This document shows, in pieces, positions 49,970 through 61,900 of a stretch of DNA of 64,000 nt. Source of the DNA: Zancudomyces culisetae HAW-14-8 (taxonomy: Eukaryota; Fungi; Kickxellomycota); contig JBNJNM010000011.1 of the NCBI GenBank assembly GCA_052426225.1, positions 1,550,001-1,614,000 of the forward strand, written 5' to 3'. A program made the translations under genes and the position numbers. The notes beneath the pieces were generated by a model. The model worked only from the letters and a program-made list of their open reading frames with translations. It searched no databases and was not told where the DNA came from. The stretch's first letter is position 1; each line of letters opens with the position of its first letter.

Positions 49970-50941
49970 CTATTCCGAGTCAATATTTTCCTCTGCTATA
50001 GGTTCTTCTACATTGGTATCTGATTTTCTTACTAACTTGGCCAGTAGTACCTTCAATTTGTGAATTTCTCTATCGTCCTGTAACGTTCTTCTAATCATAG
50101 GATCCTTAATAAACAGATTTGTAACTCCCAGATCGCTGAAAACAACAAGCAACATCTGAATCCTATATACAAAATCTGGTATACTGCGACCTAGAGCCTC
50201 AATGATAATAGTGATGGTGACAAACAATAGAATAACCACAGGGAATATTGGAAACCATAACAACCTCTTAAGCAACCTTCTCACTACTGTGTTGTTGAAC
50301 CTGTAATTTAACGCAGAAATTCGATTTAGAATGTTTGTATCATCTTCAACTCCTTCTGGGACTGTGCCGTGGCATTTTGAAATTGTTTGAAATAGCAACG
50401 TCAACAATAAAACTGCAGATAATGCACCTATCAATAACAATAAGTAGTATGATATTATGATAGGTTGAAATCCGATACTAGACACAAATAGATAACCACA
50501 CTGATCTAATATTCTTTCTCCACTGCCCCCAGTCACTGAGAATTGTATGATCGACAACCCGGCTATCACGACAGCAAAAACATAGTACCATTTTTCATAT
50601 TTCTCTACATTTTTCCTGTGATACTTGAAGATCAGTAGCAGATGAAACGGAATTGACAGTCCCACATACAATTGAATCATCACTGTAAACCCGAATATTA
50701 TTTTTAGGTCTTGACAAAATTTTGAAAATCCCGAAGTATTCAAAATCACTAGAAATGTAATGTTCCTGGATATACTACTGGTTTGTACGATTACTATCTG
50801 CCTAATTATTATCCTGCTAACTAGCTTTCGATCGACTAAAAGCAATAGTAAATACCATATTATTGTAAATGAGGATAAAAATATAACTATCGAGGTAAGA
50901 ACAGTGGTAGTTATTTGTAGCCATGTACTCGGACCTTCCAT
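49970..50941 (-). CDS. 7TM GPCR-like receptor (cAMP-receptor-like/Git3-type), paralog A
   Basis: Seven hydrophobic segments. DRKLVSRIIIRQ after TM1, FC at the start of TM3, YEKWYY, ECL2 Cys (CGYLF), RLLWFPIFP in TM6, and DPMIRR after TM7. Confidence 0.75.
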   Translation of the reverse strand: MEGPSTWLQITTTVLTSIVIFLSSFTIIWYLLLLLVDRKLVSRIIIRQIVIVQTSSISRNITFLVILNTSGFSKFCQDLKIIFGFTVMIQLYVGLSIPFHLLLIFKYHRKNVEKYEKWYYVFAVVIAGLSIIQFSVTGGSGERILDQCGYLFVSSIGFQPIIISYYLLLLIGALSAVLLLTLLFQTISKCHGTVPEGVEDDTNILNRISALNYRFNNTVVRRLLKRLLWFPIFPVVILLFVTITIIIEALGRSIPDFVYRIQMLLVVFSDLGVTNLFIKDPMIRRTLQDDREIHKLKVLLAKLVRKSDTNVEEPIAEENIDSE

Positions 50942-52024
50942 TAGTTTGTTTTTTGCTCGTTTTTATATGTTTGACTCTTCATTAGTCGTGCTATTCAACA
51001 TTTTTCCTTTTTTTGTTATTCACCTTTAGCGGTGTATTAAGGTGTATCCTTGAATTCTTCGAGACTTGTACCTTTGAATATACATTTAATATCCGATTTT
51101 ATAGTAGTTGTTAAGCCGCTTTAACCATCTTATGGTTTGTGATTGAGATTAAGCAAATATGCTTGGATATTTGATCCGGAAGGCTAGAATTTATTATTTA
51201 ACTACTAAAAGTATATAGCAGTAAATAATAAATACGACATAATACTAAATCTCTGAATGCTATAATACCACAATACCTTATTTATAAACATACCTCACTC
51301 CTATCAGACACTGCATGACTGGCTGATTAATTGCCTTTAGATTGCTCTATTCGCCCATCTTATCCACTGATTAAGTAAAACCCGCACTCATCTTTGTCGG
51401 CATTTTTAATATTTACATAAATTGCAATACCCCGCACTTACTTTTACAAAAACTACTGGTTGACTGAGGATTTATATCAACCATTTTAAACTACATACGT
51501 ACCTTGCTCCAACTTGTGTGTATACGGATAGTCAAACTGTAAAAAACACCATATCACTGGCACGTAAGGACAAAACCAATGAAATGGTATTTTCCAAATT
51601 CTATTAGTTCTACTCAACTGTAATAAAAACTCTTGAAGTTGTGTTCTGAATATTTAATGGGGTTAATTTGACTTTTTCTTCACTCAGTGTTATTATATTG
51701 CTTTATCATCTATCTACCTCTTATTTTTAATTTTTTCACACGTATCGTATTTTAATCTTACACAATCTGAGATTGATATTTCCACCTTTGTATTATTAAT
51801 ACCAGGACCATGTTATTCATTAACCCGTAATTGAATTTTTTATTTTATTCTATTTATATTTTTGTTCATCTAAAAATACAAGTTAATCCGAGTTAAATGA
51901 ATTAGAACAAGTGCATAAAAAAAAACTAATAAATATCTATACACATCTACTGAACCCCTATAAATCTTCTTTTTGTTTACTTTTAGTCATGTTTGTACTG
52001 TCTTCAAGCTTGTCATAGCTTTTA

Positions 52025-53149
52025 TTATTCATTTGTGTTATTTGCTAACACATCATTGCTTTTGTTCCTACTTGCTTCATTTTCGCTACCGTTGTTTCTT
52101 TCATTGCTTGCGTTACTTATTAATTCACTAACACCCTCATCACCTACGCTACTTCCTAACTGGCTACCACTTTCATCCCTGCTTGTATGATTTCCTAATT
52201 CATTACCACTTTCTAGTTCTTTGTGTTTGCCTATTACCCTCAATATAAGCATTTTTAGATTATGAAGTTCTCTATCATCCTGTAAAGTTCTTTTGATAAT
52301 CGGATCGCCAAAAAACATATAAGTAATGCCCAACTCCCCTAAAGATGTCATAGCTCCCTGAATTCTGTAAACTATAAATGGGACTGAATAAGCACTCGCA
52401 TCAATTATTATATTGCACAATACTGAAGCTATAATAAATATCGGAATGATTGGAAACCACAATAGTCTCATGAATGTTCGTCGTAGTAGAGTATTGTTAT
52501 ATTTTTTGTTTATAGATTCAATCCGTTTGCGAAAGTTAATATGATCGCCAGATTCTTCATGATATGGTTCGCGAGTTTCTGCTATTCCACGAAAAAGCAT
52601 TACCAAAAGGATTATTTGTATGACAGCTCCTATACCACATACCGCGTAGAATGCTATTATAACCTTTTGAAATTGCGTATCGCCTAAAAACAAATATCCA
52701 CATCTTTTTAATTCGATTTGACCTTCTTCATCCGCTAAAAAAAACTGTATGAGTGATAACACGGATACCACGGCTGCAATAACATAGTACCATATCTCGT
52801 ACCGCTCAATATTTTTTCTATGATACCTGAATATAAGAACCAAGTGAAATATAAGCCCTATCCCTACAGCTATTTGAAACATGGCAAAATACTGAAAAAC
52901 TAAGGTTATGGATCTGCAGAAATCTGAATACCCGGTTTCAATCAAGAGCAGAAGACGTGCAGTAAGCCAAATAACACCAGAAGCTTGTATTATTACTATT
53001 TGCCTAATAATAACTCTGTTGACTGTTTTTCTGTCGACTAGCAGAAGAAAGAAATACCAAAAAACAGTGAATAAACCTATCGCTATAACAATTGAGACAA
53101 CGATTGTTTCAACTGTTTTCATTGTAAGGTATCTATTAATCTTCGCCAT
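52025..53149 (-). CDS. 7TM GPCR-like receptor, paralog B
   Basis: Same motifs as paralog A (DRKTVNRVIIRQIVI, FC, YEIWYY, CGYLF, RLLWFPIIP, DPIIKRTLQDDRE) with a longer Ser/Asn-rich tail. Confidence 0.75.
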   Translation of the reverse strand: MAKINRYLTMKTVETIVVSIVIAIGLFTVFWYFFLLLVDRKTVNRVIIRQIVIIQASGVIWLTARLLLLIETGYSDFCRSITLVFQYFAMFQIAVGIGLIFHLVLIFRYHRKNIERYEIWYYVIAAVVSVLSLIQFFLADEEGQIELKRCGYLFLGDTQFQKVIIAFYAVCGIGAVIQIILLVMLFRGIAETREPYHEESGDHINFRKRIESINKKYNNTLLRRTFMRLLWFPIIPIFIIASVLCNIIIDASAYSVPFIVYRIQGAMTSLGELGITYMFFGDPIIKRTLQDDRELHNLKMLILRVIGKHKELESGNELGNHTSRDESGSQLGSSVGDEGVSELISNASNERNNGSENEASRNKSNDVLANNTNE

Positions 53150-54246
53150 ACTTGTGTTTTCTTTTTATTCATTATTGTGGCAAATATATCCGAATTTTCG
53201 AAAAGTTAAGTATTTGATACCGTAGTCCTCTCGATCTATGTTTTCATTAGGTTTATGGCTTGTGTATTGTTGATTTCTATCCATTCATTGCACTTTTAAT
53301 TGTCTGACTGATTTAAACTCTCTAATATTAGTTTTAGATATTATCTCGTCAGTTAGTTTGTTTATATCTTTTAGAAATGAAACGGTAGAATTATATCTCC
53401 AACTAGCAAATTTTTGAAATAGGATGGTATTCATCTATATACAACTAGTCGTATTCAAAGTTAGTGTAGAAATTGTTTTTACTGTGTATTTAAATTACAT
53501 ATTCCAAAATGTTGTAAGATGTGTTGAGTAAATCTTTGTAATTGTTTTACTTTTAGACAATTTCATTGAATGTTCGCTATTCCGAAGTATGTACGAATCA
53601 TATCATCAATGCTAAATAAACGACAGTTTTCAATTAAACCTCATTCCCCGCACTTCAAAAATTTTGGCAATGCTATTTGCCGAGGCACATCCAATTCTGG
53701 ATAATAACTCAAAATGCTAAATTCAAGTAGAAAACTATTTTAATACCCTTGGTATTTTAATAATAAGAGTTTAAAACCGTCTTAAAGAAACAAAAATACA
53801 TTAGATTTATTAGTATATTTTAAATAAAGTTCTTTGTATACGCATAGCTAGAGAAATTAATATACCTTTTTTTCTTTATCTAGTCTTTAAAAATAATTAT
53901 ACTCGTTTGCACTACCCCTAATTGAGTTACATTTACTAGTTCGTTTAAAAAGTTTTTTGAGCTCTAAATGTAACAGAGTAATACCTGAAACGTTCAAATA
54001 AACTGAAGTAGAATATTTCCACGTCACACAAATGGTTTTAATTGCTATCAGATAAGTTAGACATGAATAATTATACATTTAGTATTTGCGTTTTTCTGTT
54101 GCATTGGTATTTTAGTATTATAATATAAAAACATCATGGCAACTAGTATCTCTAGTAGGTGGTATTTTTACCTTGTAAGACATTACAGCAAAAATAAAAT
54201 TATAAATATCAGTAAATCAAAATCTTGGTAAATTGTAGGTTCCTAG

Positions 54247-54992
54247 TGTCGTGTGTATTCCGATGTCGATCGGAATTCACATTTTCTAACAATTATTTAA
54301 TTTACTACATAAACAATCAACTAACATTCTATTAAAAGTTGATCACTGAAAATACTATGATAATTATTTTTTTTGAAAATATATATAATAACACAAAAAA
54401 AATTATAAAACGAAAAATACAATTAAAAAGATTATAGGAAATCAACATTCAAATATAGGAACAATATGAAAACGAAAACGAAGTAACAACGATAACACAC
54501 GATACAACTCAGTATATACAATAGAAACATAGGTTATTTGAATTAGCTTTTATTAGGTTAAATAAAATAGTATATATATAAGCGAAGGAAGACTCGATGA
54601 GGATTCCTCAGCTCTTTTGATAGTTTTAATAAGAAAAAGGAAAGTAAGATAAATAAATATCAATTCAGAATTAAAATCCAGGTTTAGGATAATTAAGAAG
54701 TTTATTAGGAATAGTGCTACGGCTAGTTAATGAATATTAAGTTTTGACATATTAGAAGCTATTAAAATCTCACATAAAGAATGTCAGGCTTCATGAGTAA
54801 ATTTAGACCCAGATGGATCCAGTCAGAAAAAGATGAGGGCAGATACTCATCTGATAGTGACCGTTCGGGAGCCACTTCTATGGAAGTGGATCCCAAAGAA
54901 TCACGTGACCCATTTGCTGATATTATGGATCATGTTTTTTTACAATTGAAAAACCCGACAAAGGATGAGGCTGCACCCAACCTCACCCGACA
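54247..54992 (+). mobile_element. Solo LTR (746 bp) with a 4-bp target-site duplication CTAG
   Basis: Begins TGTCGTGTG and ends CACCCGACA (terminal inverted repeat, 8/9 match). CTAG flanks both ends, at 54243-54246 and 54993-54996. It contains TATATATATAA near 54571 and a truncated ORF from 54781. Confidence 0.75.
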
Positions 54993-55949
54993 CTAGTGTT
55001 AATAAAGTATTCAACACATGCAACAGATATGTCGATTATTGGTTATTATCATTGGATGGATCGAATTTCAAATTGGATTTAACTAAACACGTTCATAAAA
55101 TCTGGTATTCACAATAATACTTCGAAATACTTGTACGGATACCAATATTAAGCTGTTTTAATAGTGATGGGTATGGTATCAAGTTATACCCGAGATTTCT
55201 ACAATTTAGAACTGTTTATCAATTATAGCAAAATACATTAGAAAATGTAAATTAAGGGAATAGTGTAAATATTTGGTGTTTATATCTACATTGTTATACT
55301 AGCCGTATTGTTAGCGTACTCAACCAAAAATAAGCTTGGTATGGCAACAGTAATGACAAGAAAAGTAGGAAGGATGTTTATATTTTGGAGGACAATTGAA
55401 TATGGAATATACCTAAAGTTTTAACAGACTTAAAGCGTTTGATTATTCAAAAATAAACGTAAAAAACCACTATACCGAAAGTAAAGCACAATCATTTTAA
55501 TCGTACTTTTCTCTTTTAAAAAAGCTCTGATTACATTCACTTTACGTTGAACTTTTTCTCTCATTCACATTTTGTAAATTTAACCATTCGACATGTTCAG
55601 CATTTCCATTCATTATACTATATTTCCAGAAATGTAGATCTTGAAGAACCTCTCCAAACAATAGTTCTTTATTATTATTTTGAAACCAAGCGTTTCATAA
55701 TAATTGGAGTTCCTTAATTTAATTCATTGATAAATCTTACTAGCTTGTTTACAGTTAATCCAGCCCTTTCTATTAATTTAATAGCAGATCAATTAAACTA
55801 CCATTTATTTTGGCTCCAAAACCGTTTTATCATTTTACGAATCTAGATCAATATTATCTGGTTATATAATTGCAAATAAATCACATTCTGGTATTTAGCG
55901 AGGAGATTTAGCAAAATCAACTATGGTAATACAAATTTACTAACCAAAC

Positions 55950-55978
55950 CTAGTTATAGTTCTAGTTCTAGTTCTAGT
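55950..55978. repeat. (CTAGTT)n short tandem repeat
   Basis: About 5 imperfect hexamer units. Confidence 0.7.
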
Positions 55979-56537
55979 ACATCTAATAAAATAAAATAGA
56001 TCTTCACGTTACAGTAAACCTTTGACTCGTAAAGTTTTGGAAATTTTATAACTAAAGTTTGGCAAAAATACAAATATTAGCCAAAGTAATGAGGTATGAG
56101 TAAGTTAGTAAAAGCCTAGTTTTTTTATAACAAGCCCAAAAGCTCAGTATTCCTACAGGAAAAATGTGTAGCTTTTACTCCAATTGTATTCGAAGTTGAT
56201 CAAAAAAACAAATTATACTTAGATGATATATAGCAATATAAATTAAATTAATTAAGCACATTATGATATTCATAAAAAACTACAGATCTGGATGCTTTGA
56301 AGGATTTTTTATAGAATAAGCCACAAACTGATACTTTATTCATAAAAAAATTAATGGTCTGTTCACATGGAATACATTGTGTAAAATGTTTTTATAATAT
56401 GTTGTCTTGAAATAATCCTCACTGGATAGAAAAGTATATAAAGCGCCTTGAATTTTGCAAAAAATGAAATCGTATCGAAATCTGGTACAACTTAGAAATC
56501 AAGTCTACAACAGAAAAAGGAAAGGAAAACCAAAAAA

Positions 56538-56945
56538 ATGATCAAGTCAGTAATACTCAGTATTCTAGCAATTGCTTCAGCCTTTGCTCACATTTCTCAG
56601 AATCAAGATAAACAAGTGACAGGGAAAAATAGTATCTCAGAATCCAAACTTAACGAGATGGAGTACGAAGATAAAAGTATGAAATTTACAGTATTCAGAT
56701 CAAGTGACTATGGCAATCGCCAACGATCATATAAAGCTAAACCAAATACATGCTACCCAACGCAACCATTTACATCATTTAAAGCAATTACTTATGGATC
56801 GAGAAGGGGAGGAATTATGTTTTGTAGAGAGCGTAATTGTAGAGGAAATTGCTTTATTTTTCAAAATAAAGGCAGAACATCATATGATAACGTTCAGCCT
56901 TTAATACGTGGCCAAGCAAATTCTTTCTTTTGGATTTACCCATAA
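56538..56945 (+). CDS. Small secreted protein with a beta/gamma-crystallin-like (Greek key) mature domain
   Basis: Signal peptide MIKSVILSILAIASAFA, a polar spacer, then two Greek-key-like motifs FTVFRSSDYGN..FTS and IMFCRERNCRG..ANSF, with 4 Cys. TATATAAA near 56436. Confidence 0.65.
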   Translation: MIKSVILSILAIASAFAHISQNQDKQVTGKNSISESKLNEMEYEDKSMKFTVFRSSDYGNRQRSYKAKPNTCYPTQPFTSFKAITYGSRRGGIMFCRERNCRGNCFIFQNKGRTSYDNVQPLIRGQANSFFWIYP

Positions 56946-58913
56946 TTTTAGCTTTTGAAATTATAGAATTGTGTATAATTCTTTTACCATCTAGATCTAT
57001 TAAAGAAAGCAATAAATATATACAATCATTCATCAAATATGAGTTAGAATAATGACACATTTTACTCATCGCGGCTTTAAAGCATTGACCAACCACACAC
57101 AGGATATTATATTTGCAACAAAACACTTTATTGAAACCATTTCTTTTAAAAATCCAGGATACTCTGAGTATTTATCGTGTTTTATTCGTTGTACTCGACA
57201 CTATAGTAACGAGTTCAAGGGGGATTAAAGCGAGATAAAGCTAAAAAGGAAAAAATAAACTCAATGCTACTATTTTTTCTAGATACATTTGCTCTCTAGC
57301 AATTTAATTTTAATAGTTTGGAAAAAGTTAATAAAGAGACTAGGCTATCCCAAATAGTATTTTTAACTAGGAGATATTTACAGCTAACCATTCAAGTTAA
57401 TACTTTACATTCATCACATAATCTTTAAAAAAGTTCAACATTGGTATCAATGTATGTATTATGGGTGGTTATTCATTTGATTGACTCTGTTTTTATAATG
57501 TTTAAAAGTTTGTAAGTTATTTTTTTATTTTTTTACTTAATTAATACAGGCTTCTACAATTTTCGAAAGTATATAAAACTAATATAGTTGTTAATTGCGA
57601 CTAATCTAGTACACTTTTTAAACACTCCTTTTAAGTAAGTGTTAATGTAATCCGTAATAATAACTATTTTCATTAAGTTAATTAGTTTTAAAAATCAGCT
57701 TTATTGTCTCTGGGATAACATATTTGTGTATTCGATGATGATTACCATCCTTTCCACTTTGCTTTTATATCTAAATTACAAAAATCTATATATATAAAAA
57801 TGTGTAAGCTATTGTAAGAAATTTTAATCTTCAAATTGACGTAATTACTCTTTTTGCATGGTATTTTACTCCGTCATTTTATCGTGAGTAGTAAATGTCA
57901 GATTGATTTGACATCTAGGTAATACATTTACTTTTCCAAGTATATATACTATAACTCATTTTTTCTACTTGTCATGAATATAACGTTAAAATCTTGAATT
58001 AGCAATATGATTATAATGATTCAAAATTATGTTTAAATGAGACTTTTATATTGTTTCATAGTTATTTACTAGAGTAACATACTAACTCAAAATACATTTG
58101 TTGCGCTGTTAGTTTTCCCTTTCACTGGAAAATTGTGCTGCATTTCGATTAAATACCAAAGGCAGAGTTCGTTTGCTTCTTTTTATCGTAGACTTGAGTG
58201 TTTGGGAGTCTTCTTTTATTTAGTAGAAAAATTTATTCTGTAGTGATTTAAACTTGTAAAAACCAACGTATTGGCTACAGTTTTAACAACCAAGAATTAC
58301 GGTAAGCCTCACTAAAAACCCACTTTTTGGTAAGTATTAGCGTGTTCTGGTTCTGTGTAATTTTCAGTTTTTGAATAATAGCTTTCAGTAAGCTTTATTT
58401 ACTGTATGAATAAAAAAATCCTTTTTTCTTCTCATTTTGCTTATTTGCCTACTATTTTTCATATATAGTAAATTCCTAAGTTCCAAAAAGCTGTCAAATA
58501 TGAATAAAGTATAATTAAATAAAATATTGTAACTAGAAAATGACAATATAATTCTCTTGACACTGATTTATTTTTGTCCGTTTTAGTTGGTCACTAGGAT
58601 ATATCGAATTGACAGTGTAAATCACTTAATTTTACATTTCCACATATTTATAGTTATACATATTTAAAAAATGTTAAGTTATAAGTATAGTACGTTTTAT
58701 TAACTAATAGTAAAGTTATTATATAAAGTAGCATTTTTTCGCTATGGAATCCATTAGCGATAAAATATTATCTTTTTCTAAATAAAAATCATTCTTAAAG
58801 AAAAAAATAGTACCTAGTGTCAATCGTGGCACTATCCTTGTTGTCACCAATTATACTTGAATTACCTTAATAGAATACCAAAAAAAAATAAAAGATACTC
58901 CATTCACAACATA

Positions 58914-61900
58914 ATGGAAATCAGTAACAAGTTCAGCAACAACAACAGTGTTTTCAACAAACTTCCGGCAAGTATTCTTTCAAGTATATTTATACTTGTT
59001 CAAAACCCCTTGCTATCACTCTTAACCAAAAACATGTATCAAGCCTCGCAACAGTTAGACACCATTAGCATGTACATTCTTCAATATGCTTTGTCAAACA
59101 CAAAGCTTACCTCAAAGATAACTCTGCCTAAAATTTTCAAAAAATACCCCAGGATAGCTATGATTGAAGCAATCGGAGAATTGGTATTCAAAAAGCTCAA
59201 GAACCTGGATTACGGAATGATTCTAATACAAGCAATCGCATACAACTGGAGGAACATACTTGGTAAATTGCTCAAAATGTATGTAGTAATCGATAGGAGT
59301 ACATCGACAATTGTTTACAAAGGAACCTTGTTTATGAAAGAGAACGAGCATCTAAATATTGATATCAAAGGTTTATTTTCGAAAGAGGAAAAGCTACTTA
59401 AAGATTTGAAAGATATCAAGATATCTGAGCCACTTTATATCAGACCATTAGTCACCGAAAAATTCCACTTTTTACTGAAAAAAGAAATATGCATTACCAT
59501 AAAAAGTGTAGCTGTTGATATTTTGGTAGATGTATGCAATACCAGAATTGAACCCCCTTCAGAAATAGTCGGTTCTGTTGTGAGCGAGATAAAATTTATT
59601 GACAGCAAGTATATGGTATTTGGCTTGTTGTTATGTACATGCAAAGTCTGCGAATTAAATAGCCTTGGGTTGCTAAAGCGAGTTTTGGACTTAAAAATTA
59701 ATGATATTATTTCTTTCCAGGAACTAAGATTGCTAATAAACGAGTTTTACATAGACAGGTTTGGGAAACTCGTTAACTTTATTGATGAATATGGATACAC
59801 AACTAAAATGGATTTTTTATTCTACATTGTATTCTCATATTATTCAATTAATTGGGATAAGGAAAATTTGGTAAAATACCTTGAGGATAACTGCTCTAAT
59901 GACACATACAAACAGATACTGTTTGATACAGCAGTAAACCATAAAAAGGAAAGTTTGGTGGAAAGGTACATGTTCGACGTAGAGCTAAACTCGAAAAATA
60001 TCAGAAAAATAACAGCGTTGGCGCTTCAACTAGATAGTATTGAGCTTATTAAACTTCTGTTAGAGAACAGTGGTAGACTGAAAGGGAATCTAGATGAAAA
60101 TGCTCTGAAAATAGCTATAAAAAAAAAAAACTATTCATTGGTACAAGAGATTATCGACAATTATGCAAATACTGTAACCATTTTCTGTCTAGAGGAAGCA
60201 GTAAAAATCGGGAGTATCAGGATCGCCAAATTACTAATCGAGGCTGAAGCGAATCTAAAAGCGCCAAGATTCGAGGGAATTTTAATAGCAAGCAAAAATA
60301 AGGATATAAATATGCTACGGTTATTGTTGGAAAATGGTGCTCGTGCCAATTCAGATGCATCAGCCTCTATCCAAAATCTGTGTGATATCAAAAACTATGA
60401 GATAACAGAACATCTCGTAGAAGAATTCAATAAAGATATGATCAAATTAGAAGCTTCAAAAAAGCAAATCGGGATCAAAAAGAGATTGAAACTTAATAAA
60501 ACATTATTGTGTTTGACTGAAAGAATAAGTTGGAATGATCCATTTTCAAGATGTGATGATGCTGCATTTGAAGAGTTTCAGTATAGTATAAATGTTTGTG
60601 AAGCATTGTTGGGGTATACCAATTCAGAAAAAAAAGATCTAGAGGATTCTATTGTTCTTACTAGCATGATTCTATGCCTTAGGTACGAGCATGTTTTGTG
60701 GCACAAAAAGCACTATTACACTAAATTCCTTAATGTAATTAACTATATAATTGAATGTTGTCTACAAGAAACATTTGAGGATACCGAATGTAATGAATTC
60801 AATTATAAGAGCCATACAGCTAAAAAACTAGAATCAAACGATAAATATTATGAGCTAGCAAAATCGGAATTGGTGGACCGAAACTTTGAAATGTTAAAAC
60901 TACTAGTGGAGTATGGAATGGATGTCAATGCGAATGGTAGTTTAATTCTGCAAACAGCATACAAAGCGGGTGATATGAACTGGATTGATTATTTTATCAG
61001 TAAAGGAATAAGATTTGAAGGAAAATCGGATGGATTTGAACAAGCATGTAGATCAAATAATATTGAGGTATTGGAACACTGGGTAAGAAATGGAGGTGTG
61101 ATACCCAAGAATCCAGAGTACGAATGTATTAACATGGCCTGTCTATTGGATAACTTTGATATGGTTAAACTTTTGGTTGAAAGTGGTGTTGATTTAAGTG
61201 ATCCAGAACGGAATGGAGTCAGGATTGCATGTAAATTGGGTCTCAGAAGAACACTGAAATACCTCTTGGATAATAATGCTGAGATAAAAGGTGTTCGTCA
61301 TCATCAACTAGAGTATGCATGTATAATTGAGGATATTGGTGTGGTAAAAATGATTCTTGAGCATTATGATAGTTTAGGAATATTGAAAAGAAAAGATAAC
61401 TCAAGCTCGAAGGATGAAGAAAATCCACAAATTGAATCATTTTTGGATAATAAAAAGGCTGATGGTTTTGAAGAATACAAGATTACTAAAGCCTTACTTG
61501 AAAGGAGTGAACCCATCCAAAATAGCGATTTAATAGATGGGATAAAGGCAGCAGTTACAATAGCCAATATTGAGATATTGCGATTACTGCTAACTTACAA
61601 GTTCAATCTCAGTGATGCTTCCAAAATACTGAAAATCGCTGTACAAGCTGGAAACACTGAGGTGATAAAATTACTTTTCGAGAATGGATGGAATGCTAGC
61701 AGTGGAACCAATGCCCTGGATGTAGCACTCGATAAGAAAAACATTGAAGTTATCAGATTGCTATTGGAACATGGAGCACAAGTAAAAAGGGATTCATACA
61801 GCCTAAAGGAAATTATTGTGGAAAATATTGAGATATTGGAGCTAATACTTTCCTACTGCCCATATATCGGTGGTAGCTCCTGCCTACTCAAAACTGCAAT

